Shown in pieces: positions 36,827-47,781 of a stretch of DNA of 64,000 nt. This DNA comes from an uncultured Gammaproteobacteria bacterium (lineage in GTDB: Bacteria > Patescibacteriota > Patescibacteriia > XYB2-FULL-38-15). Below the pieces are notes generated by a model. The model worked only from the letters and a program-made list of their open reading frames with translations, was not told the DNA's origin and searched no databases. Location of the stretch: the NCBI GenBank assembly GCA_965231095.1, contig OZ246416.1, positions 805,595 through 869,594 of the forward strand. The letters run 5' to 3'. Every line of letters starts with the position of its first letter. Positions within the stretch are counted from its first letter, which is position 1. The position numbers were made by a program, and so were the translations under genes.

Positions 36827-38908
36827 ATGCCTAGACAATATACCCAAGAACAAACTCGTAATATTGGTATCATTGCCCATATTGATGCCGGAAAAACTAC
36901 TGTTTCCGAGCGCGTCTTGTATTACACCGGTAAAAAACATAAAATTGGCGAGGTGCACGAAGGCGCCGCGGAAATGGACTGGATGGAACAGGAGCGCGAA
37001 CGCGGTATTACCATCACCGCCGCGGCCACCACTTGTTTTTGGAAAGACGTACGCATCAATTTGATTGATACTCCCGGCCACATTGATTTTACTGTTGAAG
37101 TAAAAAGATCTTTGCGCGTCCTGGACGGCGCGGTTGTCATTTTTGACGGCGTGGCTGGCGTGGAACCGCAATCGGAAACTAACTGGCATTACGCCGATGG
37201 ATACAACGTCCCGCGCATGTGTTTTATAAATAAATTGGATCGCACCGGCGCGGATTTTTATAAAGACGTGGCCTCAATCCATGAACGGCTTACAAAAAAC
37301 GCCTATCCTTTGCAATTACCGATCGGCATAGAAGCAAATTTTCGCGGCATCATTGATCTTTTAACTCGAAAAACCTATATCTATCATGACGAAATGGGAA
37401 AAGATATTTCCGAAGAAGAAATTCCGGCGGACATGAAAGATAAAGCCGAAGAATATCGAGCGAAATTAATTGAAGCCATCGTGGAAAACGACGAAGCTTT
37501 GATGAACAAATATTTGGCCGGAGAAGATATCCCAGTTGCTGATTTGAAAAAAGTTTTGCGCAAGGCCGTGATCGCGAACAATATTGTTCCGATCCTTTGT
37601 GGCAGCGCCTTGAAAAATAAGGGCGTGCAGTTTATGCTTGACGCGGTGGCGGATTATTTGCCCTCGCCGCTTGACGTTCCGCCGATTGAAGCGTTTGATC
37701 CGAAAGATCCTGAGAAAAAAATTATTCGCAAACCGACTGACGATGAACCTTTTACCGCCCTGGCTTTTAAAGTTGCTTCAGATCCGTATGTTGGAAAACT
37801 TTGTTTTTTTAGAGTTTATGCCGGAACAATCAAGGCCGGATCATATGTTTTGAATGTCAGTAACGGTGATCGGGAAAGAATCGGCCGCATTGTTCGGATG
37901 CATGCCAATCACCGCGAAGACGTTGATGAAGTTTACGCCGGAGAAATCGCCGCGGCCGTTGGTTTGAAAAATACTTTTACCGGCCATACTCTGGCCGATC
38001 CGGATCACCCGGCTTTGCTTGAATCAATTGTCTTTCCGGAACCGGTTATTGATATTGCCGTTGAGCCGAAGACCAAGGCTGACCAGGAAAAAATGGGTGT
38101 TGCTCTCCAAAAATTGGCAGAAGAAGATCCGACTTTCCGCGTCAGAACCGACGAAGAAACTCTGCAGACGATTATCGCGGGCATGGGCGAATTGCATTTG
38201 GATATTATTGTTGATCGCATGAAAAGAGAGTTTAAAGTGGAAGCCAATGTGGGTAAGCCGCAAGTTGCTTATAAAGAAACTATTACAAAGTCTGCCGAAG
38301 CTGAAGGAAAATATATCAGACAGTCCGGCGGCCGCGGCCAATACGGCCACTGCTGGCTTAGAGTTGAGCCGAATGAAAAAGGAAAGGGTTTTGAATTTAT
38401 TGATGAAATTAAGGGCGGCGTGGTTCCTAAAGAATACATTGCCCCAATCGGCAAGGGCGCTAAAGAAGCCCTGGAAAAAGGAATTTTGGCCGGCTATCCC
38501 GTGATTGATGTAAAAGCTACAGTTTTTGACGGCTCATTTCATGAAGTTGACTCTTCGGAAGCAGCTTTCAAAATTGCCGGATCTTTGGCCGTTCAAGATG
38601 GCGCGAAAAAAGCAGGATTGGTTTTGCTTGAACCGATGATGAAAGTGGAAGTTTTAACCCCGGAACAATTTATGGGAGAAGTAATTGGTGATTTGAATTC
38701 CAAGCGCGGACAAATTCAAGAAATGCGCGATCGAAGCGGCATTAAAGTTATTGATGCCATGGTTCCGCTCGCGGAAATGTTTGGTTACGCCACTTCTCTT
38801 CGTTCCATGACTCAAGGCCGAGCTTCATACAATATGGAATTTGCAAATTACGCCGAGGTGCCGAGAAATGTCGCCGAAACAATTATTGGAGAAAGAGTAA
38901 AAAAATAA
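36827..38908 (+). CDS. fusA: elongation factor G
   Basis: [29 protein letters not shown] at 36827 is preferred to the TTG at 36815. Confidence 0.95.
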   Translation: MPRQYTQEQTRNIGIIAHIDAGKTTVSERVLYYTGKKHKIGEVHEGAAEMDWMEQERERGITITAAATTCFWKDVRINLIDTPGHIDFTVEVKRSLRVLDGAVVIFDGVAGVEPQSETNWHYADGYNVPRMCFINKLDRTGADFYKDVASIHERLTKNAYPLQLPIGIEANFRGIIDLLTRKTYIYHDEMGKDISEEEIPADMKDKAEEYRAKLIEAIVENDEALMNKYLAGEDIPVADLKKVLRKAVIANNIVPILCGSALKNKGVQFMLDAVADYLPSPLDVPPIEAFDPKDPEKKIIRKPTDDEPFTALAFKVASDPYVGKLCFFRVYAGTIKAGSYVLNVSNGDRERIGRIVRMHANHREDVDEVYAGEIAAAVGLKNTFTGHTLADPDHPALLESIVFPEPVIDIAVEPKTKADQEKMGVALQKLAEEDPTFRVRTDEETLQTIIAGMGELHLDIIVDRMKREFKVEANVGKPQVAYKETITKSAEAEGKYIRQSGGRGQYGHCWLRVEPNEKGKGFEFIDEIKGGVVPKEYIAPIGKGAKEALEKGILAGYPVIDVKATVFDGSFHEVDSSEAAFKIAGSLAVQDGAKKAGLVLLEPMMKVEVLTPEQFMGEVIGDLNSKRGQIQEMRDRSGIKVIDAMVPLAEMFGYATSLRSMTQGRASYNMEFANYAEVPRNVAETIIGERVKK

Positions 38909-38912
38909 TTTT

Positions 38913-39227
38913 ATGAAAGAAATTTTTGACAGACTTTTTAGTCTGATAAAAAGGACAGGGGACAGGGTTGTTTTTTACGATTCGGCAAAAGGCGACGCTT
39001 ACGTAATGATGAAGATGGAAGATTACGAGAAAATGACGGAAAACCGGCCGACGGCTGAAGACTTGACAAATTTTCGCGCACCAGATAAAATAGAAAAAAT
39101 AAATCAGGATATTGCAATGTGGCGCGAAGAGGTAAAAGACACGGTTGATGACGTTCTTCCCGTACCCGAAGAGACCCTGGAAAAAAAAGAAGAGGAAAGC
39201 CAATTTTATTTTGAACCGGTAGAGTAG
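38913..39227 (+). CDS. hypothetical protein (104 aa) inserted between fusA and tuf; N-terminal segment resembles the Phd/YefM antitoxin fold
   Basis: RTGDRVVFYDSAKGDAYVMMKMEDYEKMTE parallels the YefM pattern PVVITR.G...VLMS.EEYE.L. Acidic C-terminal half. Confidence 0.45.
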   Translation: MKEIFDRLFSLIKRTGDRVVFYDSAKGDAYVMMKMEDYEKMTENRPTAEDLTNFRAPDKIEKINQDIAMWREEVKDTVDDVLPVPEETLEKKEEESQFYFEPVE

Positions 39228-39336
39228 TTGCCAAAAAAATAAATAAGTATTATAATTTAAAATAGTCTTAAAATTATTAATTTGCGGCTGGATAAAACCC
39301 TGAAGAAATCAGGGGTCGCGTAAGGAGTTTTAAAGT

Positions 39337-40527
39337 ATGGCAGAAAAATTTGACAGAGCAAAACCCCACGTGAATGTGGGTACAATCGGCCATGTTGACC
39401 ATGGCAAAACCACTTTGACTGCAGCTATGTTAGCAGTGCTTAGAGCACACGGCGGAGTCGCGCAGGAAAAGGGCGTTGATGATTTGGATAAAGCCCCAGA
39501 ATCAAAAGCCCGTGGTATTACCATTGCTACCGCGCACGTTGAATATGAAACCGAGAAACGTCACTACGCGCACGTTGACTGTCCAGGTCATGCCGATTAC
39601 ATTAAAAATATGATTACCGGTGCGGCCCAGATGGACGGCGCGATTTTGGTCGTTTCCGCGACTGACGGCCCAATGCCGCAGACTCGCGAGCACATCTTGT
39701 TGGCTCGCCAGGTCGGTGTTCCTTATATTGTTGTCTTTTTAAATAAAGTTGATATGGTTGAAGATAAGGAATTGATTGATTTGGTTGAAGAAGAAGTTAG
39801 AGATCTTTTGAAAAAATATGAATTTCCTGGCGACACCACTCCGATCATCCGTGGTTCTGCCTTGAAAGCCCTTCAAAATCCAAATGATGAAGAAGCTATT
39901 AAACCAATTTTGGAACTTTTGAAAAATTTAGACGAATATATTCCTGAACCTCAACGTGAAATTGATAAGCCATTTTTGATGCCGGTTGAAGACATTTTCT
40001 CGATTGAAGGTCGCGGCACAGTCGTGACCGGAAGAATTGAGAGAGGTATGGTTAAGTTAAATGATGAAATGGAGATCGTCGGCATGAAAGATACTCAGAA
40101 GACCGTAGTGACTGGCATTGAAATGTTTAACAAATCTTTGGACGAAGGGCGCGCTGGCGATAATGCCGGTATTTTGCTCCGCGGTACAAAGAAAGAAGAG
40201 GTTGAGCGCGGTCAGGTTTTGGCCAAGCCGGGTTCAGTCACACCTCACACCGAATTTGAAGCTGAAGTTATTGCCTTAACCAAAGAAGAAGGCGGTCGTC
40301 ACAAACCATTTTTCAAAGGATACAAACCGCAATTCTATATTAGAACTACGGATGTTACCGGCGAAGTGGAATTGCCCGCGGGCACAGAAATGGTTATGCC
40401 TGGCGATACGGTTAGTTTGAAAATCAAATTGATTGTGCCGGTGGCGCTTGAAGAAAAACAAAAGTTTGCTATCCGCGAAGGCGGCAAAACCGTCGGCGCC
40501 GGCGTGGTGACTAAAATTATAAAATAA
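39337..40527 (+). CDS. tuf: elongation factor Tu
   Basis: [37 protein letters not shown] is present. Confidence 0.95.
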   Translation: MAEKFDRAKPHVNVGTIGHVDHGKTTLTAAMLAVLRAHGGVAQEKGVDDLDKAPESKARGITIATAHVEYETEKRHYAHVDCPGHADYIKNMITGAAQMDGAILVVSATDGPMPQTREHILLARQVGVPYIVVFLNKVDMVEDKELIDLVEEEVRDLLKKYEFPGDTTPIIRGSALKALQNPNDEEAIKPILELLKNLDEYIPEPQREIDKPFLMPVEDIFSIEGRGTVVTGRIERGMVKLNDEMEIVGMKDTQKTVVTGIEMFNKSLDEGRAGDNAGILLRGTKKEEVERGQVLAKPGSVTPHTEFEAEVIALTKEEGGRHKPFFKGYKPQFYIRTTDVTGEVELPAGTEMVMPGDTVSLKIKLIVPVALEEKQKFAIREGGKTVGAGVVTKIIK

Positions 40528-40582
40528 TTTATCGTTCTTATCCCGCTCCCGAAAAAATCGGGGGCGGGACCCAACAAACAAA

Positions 40583-40927
40583 ATGGAAAACAAAACTCCT
40601 GAAAAAGCAGAAAAAGAAGAGGTACGAGCAAGGATCAGAATTAAGATCCGAGCCTACGATCATAAAATTATTGATCAGTCGGCAAAGACTATTATTGAAA
40701 CAGCCCTAAGATCCGGTGCTTCAATTTCCGGTCCGACACCTCTGCCAACCGAGATTAGAAAGTATACGGTCAACCGTTCAACTTTTGTCCATAAGGACGC
40801 TCGGGAACAGTACGAAATGCGGACGCACAAGAGATTGATTGATATTTTGGAGCCTACGCCGAAAACAGTTGATGCTTTAACTAACTTGGCGCTTCCGGCC
40901 GGAGTAGACGTAGAAATAAAAATGTAA
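40583..40927 (+). CDS. rpsJ: 30S ribosomal protein S10
   Basis: [16 protein letters not shown]...GPTPLPT...[26 protein letters not shown]. Confidence 0.9.
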   Translation: MENKTPEKAEKEEVRARIRIKIRAYDHKIIDQSAKTIIETALRSGASISGPTPLPTEIRKYTVNRSTFVHKDAREQYEMRTHKRLIDILEPTPKTVDALTNLALPAGVDVEIKM

Positions 40928-40965
40928 GTTAATTAGTTTGGGGAGAGTAAAGAAAGATGTCCTGG

Positions 40966-41007
40966 CCCCTTTGAGAAAGAATGAAAAGTCGTTCTTTCTC
41001 AAAGGGG
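40966..41007 (+). other. perfect 16-bp hairpin (cccctttgagaaagaa / ttctttctcaaagggg, 10-nt loop) inside a 323-nt non-coding insert between rpsJ and rplC
   Basis: Direct inspection of complementarity. A weak terminator-like element (aaccg...cggtt + T6) follows about 90 nt downstream. Confidence 0.6.
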
Positions 41008-41250
41008 GCGGACAAAACCTCTACTGGCCCTTGAAACTATTTGGAAGGTTAACAATTAACCAAGAAACAACAACAACTTATAATCCGGACTTCACTAACC
41101 GGCTTTAAGTTCGGTTTTTTGTTTTATAAAGTGGAACAACGGAATTATGCCGAGTAGCGCAAATTGGCGTGGTGATAGCGTTTTGTGGCGGGGGAGCAAG
41201 AGAAGCCATTAAACGCCGTTCTGACGCCAGAGTACGCTAAAATGTATTAT

Positions 41251-41856
41251 ATGAAATTCATATTGGGTAAAAAATTGGAGATGTCACAGAAATTTAAGGA
41301 AGACGGAACGGTCATCCCCGTGACTTTGATTTCTGCCGGGCCCTGCAAGGTGACTCAAGTAAAAACCACAGAAAAGGATGGAGTAAACGCAGTGCAAATT
41401 GGGTTTGATGTTACCAAAAAATTAAACAAACCTGAAGCCGGGCATCTTAAAGATTTAGAAAGTTTTAGGCATTTAACGGAAGTTGCCGTAGAAAAACCGG
41501 CGGAGTATGCGCGCGGCCAGGAAGTTAAGGTTTCAATTTTAGCGCCGGGCGAAAAAGTTCAAGTTGTCGGTACGTCTCGCGGTATGGGTTTTGCCGGCGT
41601 GGTAAAACGCCATCATTTCCGCGGTCATCCGGCGACTCACGGACACAAAGATCAATTACGTACGTCGGGCTCAATCGGCGCGGGCGGCGTGCAAAGAGTT
41701 TTTAAAGGAATGAGAATGGCCGGGCGGATGGGTGGAGCGCGCGTGACTATTAAAAATTTGGAAGTTGTAGAAATTGATGAACAAAATAATATTTTAGCTC
41801 TTAAGGGCGCGGTTCCGGGAAAAAGGGGAGCGATAGTTTTAATCAGCCAGAAATAA
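41251..41856 (+). CDS. rplC: 50S ribosomal protein L3
   Basis: MKFILGKKLEMSQKF matches the L3 N-terminus. The GTG-initiated 22-aa extension in the track (41185) was rejected. Confidence 0.9.
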   Translation: MKFILGKKLEMSQKFKEDGTVIPVTLISAGPCKVTQVKTTEKDGVNAVQIGFDVTKKLNKPEAGHLKDLESFRHLTEVAVEKPAEYARGQEVKVSILAPGEKVQVVGTSRGMGFAGVVKRHHFRGHPATHGHKDQLRTSGSIGAGGVQRVFKGMRMAGRMGGARVTIKNLEVVEIDEQNNILALKGAVPGKRGAIVLISQK

Positions 41857-41858
41857 AT

Positions 41859-42491
41859 ATGTTGAAAGCAAAAGTTTACAATATGAGCGGTGAAGTGGTG
41901 GGCGAAGAAAAACTTGATGCCACCTTATTTGAAGTTCCCGCGAAAGAAGGATTAATCCACCAAGCCGTAGTTGCCCAGATGGCAAATCGCCGGCAAGTTT
42001 TGGCTCACACAAAAGATCGTGGCGAAGTGCGCGGCGGCGGCATTAAACCATGGAAACAAAAAGGTACCGGTCGAGCTCGTCAAGGCTCAATCCGTTCTCC
42101 TCTTTGGGTTGGCGGCGGCGTTGTTTTCGGTCCAAGAAATGACAGAAATTTTCATCAAAAAATTAATAAAAAAATGAAGAGAAAAGCCCTGCTTATGTGT
42201 TTGTCTGATCGGGCTCGAGATGAAAGAATTATTCTTCTGGATAAATTGGAATTGGAAAATTTTAAAACTAAAAAGTTCTTGGAAATTTTAAATAAATTAC
42301 CGAATAGAGAAAAAAAGACCCTGCTTGTTTTGGCTGACAATGATAAAAAAATAATTAAATCAGCGGCTAATCTGCCTTACCTAAAAACGATTGAATCGGT
42401 TAATCTCAATGTGATGGATGTATTAAATAATGAATATTTAATGCTGCCGGTCGCCACCCTTAAGGCTGTTGGGGAAAGTTTAAAGAAATAA
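41859..42491 (+). CDS. rplD: 50S ribosomal protein L4
   Basis: L4 family: ...KPWKQKGTGRARQGSIRSPLWVGGGVVFGP. Confidence 0.9.
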   Translation: MLKAKVYNMSGEVVGEEKLDATLFEVPAKEGLIHQAVVAQMANRRQVLAHTKDRGEVRGGGIKPWKQKGTGRARQGSIRSPLWVGGGVVFGPRNDRNFHQKINKKMKRKALLMCLSDRARDERIILLDKLELENFKTKKFLEILNKLPNREKKTLLVLADNDKKIIKSAANLPYLKTIESVNLNVMDVLNNEYLMLPVATLKAVGESLKK

Positions 42492-42497
42492 TCAATT

Positions 42498-42890
42498 ATG
42501 TCGATTTTTTCTAGAACAAAAAAAGAAGAACCAAAAGTTGAAAAAGAAGATAAGAAAGTTATCGTTCCAGAACCGAAAGAAAAGAAGGTGGTTAAAAAGG
42601 AAATGGGAAAAACCCTGGGCGTTCTTGTTAAACCATTGATTACGGAAAAATCATCTTTCCTTTCGCCGTACGGCCAGTATGTTTTTGAAGTTGCTACCAA
42701 AACAAATAAAATTGAAATTGCCAAAGCAATAGAACGGGCATACGGAGTAAAACCGGTTAGCGTGAATATTGTTCGGGTTAGGGGAAAGAATGTCAGATAC
42801 GGAAAAACCATGGGCGTTACGAAAAAATGGAAAAAGGCGATCGTCACCCTGAAACCGGGAGATAAAATTGAGGTTTACGAGGGAGTATAA
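42498..42890 (+). CDS. rplW: 50S ribosomal protein L23 (Lys-rich N-terminal extension)
   Basis: KPLITEKS...YVFEV...KIEIAKAIE..YGVKPVSVN. Confidence 0.85.
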   Translation: MSIFSRTKKEEPKVEKEDKKVIVPEPKEKKVVKKEMGKTLGVLVKPLITEKSSFLSPYGQYVFEVATKTNKIEIAKAIERAYGVKPVSVNIVRVRGKNVRYGKTMGVTKKWKKAIVTLKPGDKIEVYEGV

Positions 42891-42927
42891 GTAAGTTTAT
42901 AAGTTTTAAAGTTTATAAGTTTTTAAA

Positions 42928-43758
42928 ATGCCAATTAAAGTTTACAAACCAACAAGTCCTGGCCGCCGAAGATCATCGGGGGATACTTTTGAAGATATTA
43001 CAAAATTTGAACCGGAAAAATCTTTGATTTGTATTAAGAAGAAAAATTCAGGGCGCAATAATTACGGGAAAATCACGGTTCGCCACCGAGGCGGGGGAAC
43101 GAGAAGATATTTGCGCGAGATAGATTTTATTCGCGGCAAGCTTGATGTCCCGGCAAAAGTTTTAGCGATTGAATACGATCCGAACAGAACTGCCCGCATC
43201 GCCCTCCTACAGGATACCGATGGAGTAAAAAGTTATATTATCGCGCCTCTTGGCCTTGCGGTTGGTGATGAAATTATTTCTTCCAAAAATAAAATTGATG
43301 TTAAAGCGGGAAATCGCATGTCCTTGGAAAATATTCCGATCGGCACGACTGTTCATAACATTGAATTGCAGCCGGGCATGGGCGGAGTGATGGCGAGAAG
43401 CGCGGGAATGGGAGTTCAGCTTTTGGCGGTTGAGGGAGAATATGCGCAACTCAAAATGCCGTCCAAAGAAGTAAGAATTGTTAAAAAAGAATGCATGGCG
43501 ACGGTTGGAGAGGTCGGGGCGAAAGACAGGCGTTTAATCCGCTGGGGTAAAGCCGGAAGAATGAGATACCGAGGTTTTAGGCCAACTGTCCGCGGCAAAG
43601 CCATGAATCCGGTTGATCATCCGCACGGTGGCGGCGAAGGCCTTTCTCCTATTGGTCTAAAATATCCAAAAACCAAATGGGGCAAACATGCCTTGGGCGT
43701 CAAGACAAGAAAAGCGGGCAAGTGGAGTGATAAATTTATATTAAAGAGAAGGAAATAA
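42928..43758 (+). CDS. rplB: 50S ribosomal protein L2
   Basis: GGGTRR, ...[12 protein letters not shown]. Confidence 0.95.
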   Translation: MPIKVYKPTSPGRRRSSGDTFEDITKFEPEKSLICIKKKNSGRNNYGKITVRHRGGGTRRYLREIDFIRGKLDVPAKVLAIEYDPNRTARIALLQDTDGVKSYIIAPLGLAVGDEIISSKNKIDVKAGNRMSLENIPIGTTVHNIELQPGMGGVMARSAGMGVQLLAVEGEYAQLKMPSKEVRIVKKECMATVGEVGAKDRRLIRWGKAGRMRYRGFRPTVRGKAMNPVDHPHGGGEGLSPIGLKYPKTKWGKHALGVKTRKAGKWSDKFILKRRK

Positions 43759-43764
43759 AATATT

Positions 43765-44103
43765 ATGTCACGTAGCTTAAAAAAGGGTCCGTTTGTAGAT
43801 CCGAAATTACTCGTTAAAGTTTCTAGGTTGAAGCCGAATGATAAAACTATTATCAAAACCTGGTCACGCGCTTCAACAATCACTCCGGAAATGGTTGGGT
43901 TTACGATTGGCGTGTATAACGGGAAAATGCATTTGCCAGTTTTGATTATTGAAGATATGGTTGGACATAAATTGGGTGAGTTTTCTCCCACGAGAAAATT
44001 TACGAGACATGGCGGTAAAATGCAGAAAGAATTAGAATTAAAACAGGCTGAAACAGCGAAAGCTGAATCAACTTCCGCCAAGGCCGAAGCACCTAAAAAA
44101 TAA
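43765..44103 (+). CDS. rpsS: 30S ribosomal protein S19
   Basis: [12 protein letters not shown]...[13 protein letters not shown]. Confidence 0.9.
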   Translation: MSRSLKKGPFVDPKLLVKVSRLKPNDKTIIKTWSRASTITPEMVGFTIGVYNGKMHLPVLIIEDMVGHKLGEFSPTRKFTRHGGKMQKELELKQAETAKAESTSAKAEAPKK

Positions 44104-44122
44104 AACTGTTTTTTAACGAGGT

Positions 44123-44668
44123 ATGGAAATTAAAGCCCAAGTAAAATTTGTTAGAACATCTCCGCGAAAAACGCGGTGGGTTATTGATGCCGTTCGGGGT
44201 TTGGATGTGCAAAAAGCGATAGATCAGCTTCAATTTATGACCATGGTCGCGGCTCGCCCCGTTTTGAAACTTTTAAATTCGGGAATTGCCAACGCGGTGA
44301 ATAATTTTAAGTTAAAAAAAGAAAATTTATATATTAAATTTATTTCAGTTGATGGCGGACCGGTTTTAAAAAGATGGCGCCCGCGCGCTTTCGGCAGAGC
44401 GGCGCCCATCAGAAAAAGATCGGCACACATTAATTTGGTTTTGGGTGAAAGAGTAGAAAGTGAGCGGCCAAAAGAAGAGAAGGCAGTGATTGAAAAACCA
44501 AAAGTAGTGGAAACATTGAAAACTTTTACAAAAGAAAAATCAAAAGAAGAAGAAAAGACCGACGAGTCGAAAAAACAGGCAGATAAGAGCGCGCCGGTAA
44601 AGGGTGAGATAAAAAAGACCAGAGGTTTTTTAAAAAAGATTTTTCCGCGTAAAACGGGTTCAAAATAA
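44123..44668 (+). CDS. rplV: 50S ribosomal protein L22 (Lys/Glu-rich C-terminal extension)
   Basis: L22 core plus a ~70-aa charged tail. Confidence 0.85.
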   Translation: MEIKAQVKFVRTSPRKTRWVIDAVRGLDVQKAIDQLQFMTMVAARPVLKLLNSGIANAVNNFKLKKENLYIKFISVDGGPVLKRWRPRAFGRAAPIRKRSAHINLVLGERVESERPKEEKAVIEKPKVVETLKTFTKEKSKEEEKTDESKKQADKSAPVKGEIKKTRGFLKKIFPRKTGSK

Positions 44669-44717
44669 CAATTAACAATTAACAGTTAATGTTAGACAGT
44701 TAACTGTTTGCAAAGCA

Positions 44718-45359
44718 ATGGGACAGAAAGTGCATCCAAAAATTTTCAGAACAGGGGAAAGCCAAATTTATACTTGGAATTCAAAATGGTTTTCTAAGAA
44801 AGATTACGTCGCCAGATTGCGGCAGGATATTGATATTAGAGATTTTTTAAAAAAGATTCTGAAGGAAGCGGCCGTGGCAAAAATAGAAATTGAAAGAACC
44901 GCCAACGCCGTTACGGTCGTGATTCATTCGGCAAAGCCGGGTTTAATCATTGGCCACGCGGGAACGGGCATTGAGGATTTAAGAAAAAAAATAAAAGAAA
45001 AATTTTTGGATAAGAAAACAACGTTGAATTTGAATGTTCAAGAAGTACAAAATCCTAGCACCTCGGCAGAAGTGGTTTTGCAGACCATGATCGCGGATAT
45101 TGAAAAAAGAATTCCTTTTAGAAGAGTATTGAAGCAGTCCGTTGGAAGAGTTGAACGAGCCGGAGCTAAGGGTGTAAAAGTTGTCGCTTCGGGAAGATTG
45201 GACGGAGCGGAGATCGCGAGAGAAGAGACTCTTTCCTGGGGAAAAATTCCGCTACATACCTTGCGTGCCGATATTGATTACGCGGGCGGAGCGGCCTTTA
45301 CTATTTATGGCGCCGTGGGCATTAAGGTTTGGATTTATAAAGGAGAAGTGTTTAAATAA
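44718..45359 (+). CDS. rpsC: 30S ribosomal protein S3
   Basis: MGQKVHPKIFR..., KH domain, GRLDGAEIAR. Confidence 0.9.
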   Translation: MGQKVHPKIFRTGESQIYTWNSKWFSKKDYVARLRQDIDIRDFLKKILKEAAVAKIEIERTANAVTVVIHSAKPGLIIGHAGTGIEDLRKKIKEKFLDKKTTLNLNVQEVQNPSTSAEVVLQTMIADIEKRIPFRRVLKQSVGRVERAGAKGVKVVASGRLDGAEIAREETLSWGKIPLHTLRADIDYAGGAAFTIYGAVGIKVWIYKGEVFK

Positions 45360-45362
45360 AAT

Positions 45363-45773
45363 ATGTTGACGCCGAAAAAAGTAAAACATCGAAAAGCTTT
45401 TAAGGGAAGAAGAAGATCAAAGGGTGTTGCCAGCCGCAAGACTGAAATTAGTTTTGGAAAATTTGGTTTGAAATCGATGGGCTACGCCTGGGTCACCGCA
45501 AGACAAATTGAAGCAGTCAGACGTACTTTGATTCGCGCCCTAAAAAAAGGCGGAAAAATTTGGATTAGATTATTTCCAGATAAACCGGTCACCACAAAAG
45601 GAAACGAAATTCCGATGGGTGGCGGCAAGGGTGCGGTTGATCACTACGTTGTTCCGGTAAAACCCGGCATGGTGCTTTTTGAAATGGATGGCGTAACCTC
45701 TGACGCGGCCAAAGAAGTAATGAGATTGGCCTCGCATAAATTACCGATGAAAACTACTTTTGTTTCAAAATAA
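45363..45773 (+). CDS. rplP: 50S ribosomal protein L16
   Basis: MLTPKKVKHRKAFKGR... is L16. Confidence 0.9.
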   Translation: MLTPKKVKHRKAFKGRRRSKGVASRKTEISFGKFGLKSMGYAWVTARQIEAVRRTLIRALKKGGKIWIRLFPDKPVTTKGNEIPMGGGKGAVDHYVVPVKPGMVLFEMDGVTSDAAKEVMRLASHKLPMKTTFVSK

Positions 45774-45777
45774 TATT

Positions 45778-46008
45778 ATGAAATTTAAAGAATTAAAAAA
45801 TAAAAACGATAAGGAGCTCGGAGCCATGCTTACCAAGGCAAAGGAAGATTTGCAAGAGGTAAAATTTAAGGTGGCCGGGCAGCAATATAAAAACGTCAGG
45901 GAAATCAGAGTTCAAAAACAATTAGTTGCCCACCTCTTAACTTTACAAAAACAGAGGAAGTTGGAAGGCGTAGTTAAAAAAGAAGAACCGGCCGTTTCAA
46001 ACAAATAA
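45778..46008 (+). CDS. rpmC: 50S ribosomal protein L29
   Basis: MKFKELKNKNDKELGAMLTKAKEDLQEVKFK. ATG at 45778 is preferred to the TTG at 45760. Confidence 0.85.
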   Translation: MKFKELKNKNDKELGAMLTKAKEDLQEVKFKVAGQQYKNVREIRVQKQLVAHLLTLQKQRKLEGVVKKEEPAVSNK

Positions 46009-46021
46009 TTTTTAAAAAATT

Positions 46022-46264
46022 ATGTCAGAAGAAATAAAAAATAAAAGAAAATTTCAAGGAGTCGTGGTTTCACATAGAATGGAAAAAACCGCCGTGGTTG
46101 AAGTTCAAGAAGTTAAAGTCCATCCCAAATACGGCAAGCGCTACAAGAGAAGCCATAAATACAAAGTTCACGATGAAAAAAACGAATGTAAAATTGGAGA
46201 TAAGGTTAATTTTGAAGAATGTCGGCCGATTTCAAAAGAAAAAAGGTGGAGAATTATTAAATAG
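46022..46264 (+). CDS. rpsQ: 30S ribosomal protein S17
   Basis: KFQGVVVSHRMEKTAVVEV..VKVHPKYGKRYKRS.KY.VHDE. Confidence 0.9.
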   Translation: MSEEIKNKRKFQGVVVSHRMEKTAVVEVQEVKVHPKYGKRYKRSHKYKVHDEKNECKIGDKVNFEECRPISKEKRWRIIK

Positions 46265-46287
46265 ATAAAAGTTTAATTTGATTATAT

Positions 46288-46659
46288 ATGATTCAGCACC
46301 GCACAATGTTAACCGTCGCAGACAATACTGGAGCAAAAAAACTCCAGTGCATTAAAGTTCTGGGCGGCTACAAAAAAAGATACGCGCGAATCGCGGATAT
46401 CATTACTTGCGTGGTGAAGGAAGCCGTGCCGCACGGAATGGTTAAAAAAAGCGATGTGGTTCACGCCGTAATTATTAGAATTAGAAAAGAAACACGCCGG
46501 CCAGACGGAACCTATGTCAGATTTGATGACAATGCGGCAGTTATTATTGATAAAAAAAATAAAGAGCCCAAGGGCACGAGAATTTTTGGCCCGGTGGCGA
46601 GAGAACTCCGCGGCAAAGGTTTTATGAAAATTATTTCTTTAGCCCCCGAGGTTTTGTAA
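46288..46659 (+). CDS. rplN: 50S ribosomal protein L14
   Basis: [27 protein letters not shown]. Confidence 0.9.
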   Translation: MIQHRTMLTVADNTGAKKLQCIKVLGGYKKRYARIADIITCVVKEAVPHGMVKKSDVVHAVIIRIRKETRRPDGTYVRFDDNAAVIIDKKNKEPKGTRIFGPVARELRGKGFMKIISLAPEVL

Positions 46660-46667
46660 ATAAATAT

Positions 46668-46979
46668 ATGAAAATAAAAAAATCAGATAAAGTAAAAATT
46701 ATCGCCGGCAAAGACCGCGGAAAAGAAGGAAAGATTTTAGAAGTTTTTCCGGAAGAAAAAAGGGTTGTGGTTGAGGGCTTGAATTTGGTTGTTAAGCATG
46801 TAAGGCCTCGCCGCGGGGGAGAGAAGGGGCAGCGGATTCAATTTCCGGCGCCGCTTCGCGCTTCAAACGTGATGTTGGTTTGTAATAAATGTAATAAATT
46901 GACAAGAGTTGGATATAAAATTTTAGAAAATGGGAAAAAGGTCAGAATGTGTAAAAAATGCAAAGAAGTAATTGAATAA
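46668..46979 (+). CDS. rplX: 50S ribosomal protein L24 (with C-terminal Cys4 zinc ribbon)
   Basis: KOW motif ([22 protein letters not shown]) plus CNKCNK...CKKCKE. Confidence 0.9.
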   Translation: MKIKKSDKVKIIAGKDRGKEGKILEVFPEEKRVVVEGLNLVVKHVRPRRGGEKGQRIQFPAPLRASNVMLVCNKCNKLTRVGYKILENGKKVRMCKKCKEVIE

Positions 46980-46987
46980 TTAAAAGT

Positions 46988-47539
46988 ATGGAAAACGAAT
47001 CAAGAATCAAAACAAAATACACAAAAGAAGTCATTCCGGAAATGAAGAAACTTTTTGGTTATGAAAATAATTTAGCTGTACCAAAAATAGAAAAAATTGT
47101 GGTGGCCGCCGGGTTATCCGCCGGACTGAAAGATGCCAAGTTTTTGGAGATTGTTGAAAATACTTTAAGAAAGATAACCGGGCAAAAGCCAATTAAAACA
47201 TTGGCCAAAAAATCAATTTCTAATTTTAAGATTAGACAGGGAATGCCGGTTGGGATGGTTGTAACTTTGCGAGGAACAAGGATGTACGATTTTATTGATA
47301 AATTAATTAATGTCACTTTCCCTCGAGTCCGTGATTTTCGCGGAATTTCCCAGAAATTTTTAGATAAAGAGGGAAATTTATCAGTTGGTTTTAGGGAAGA
47401 TATCGCTTTTCCGGAAATTAAATCAGAAGAGATCGAAAAAATTCACGGCTTGCAAGTGACGATAAAAACTACCGCGCATAGCAAAGAAAAAGGATTAACT
47501 TTATTAAAATTGATGGGGTTTCCCATACAAGAAGCATAA
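46988..47539 (+). CDS. rplE: 50S ribosomal protein L5
   Basis: L5 family pattern. 183 aa. Confidence 0.9.
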   Translation: MENESRIKTKYTKEVIPEMKKLFGYENNLAVPKIEKIVVAAGLSAGLKDAKFLEIVENTLRKITGQKPIKTLAKKSISNFKIRQGMPVGMVVTLRGTRMYDFIDKLINVTFPRVRDFRGISQKFLDKEGNLSVGFREDIAFPEIKSEEIEKIHGLQVTIKTTAHSKEKGLTLLKLMGFPIQEA

Positions 47540-47547
47540 GATAAAAT

Positions 47548-47733
47548 ATGGCTACTGAAGCACAAATTTCTAAATCGCTTAAAAAACCCAAATTTAAAAC
47601 TCGCGAAGTGCGGCGATGCTGGCGTTGCGGAAGAAAGAGGGGATATATGAGAAAATTTGAGTTATGCAGAATATGTTTTAGAGAGTTTGCTAATCGAGGA
47701 GAACTTCCGGGCGTAACAAAATCTAGTTGGTAA
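47548..47733 (+). CDS. rpsN: 30S ribosomal protein S14 type Z (zinc-binding)
   Basis: [23 protein letters not shown]. 61 aa. Confidence 0.85.
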   Translation: MATEAQISKSLKKPKFKTREVRRCWRCGRKRGYMRKFELCRICFREFANRGELPGVTKSSW

Positions 47734-47781
47734 TGATAAGTTAATTATTTAAAAACACAAACTAAACATCGTATCAATACT

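Noticed and set aside
41185-41250. GTG-initiated 22-aa N-terminal extension of rplC (MAGEQEKPLNAVLTPEYAKMYY).
   Set aside because: The L3 N-terminus is highly conserved and begins at MKFILGKK (ATG 41251). The extension has no homology and lies within the structured spacer.
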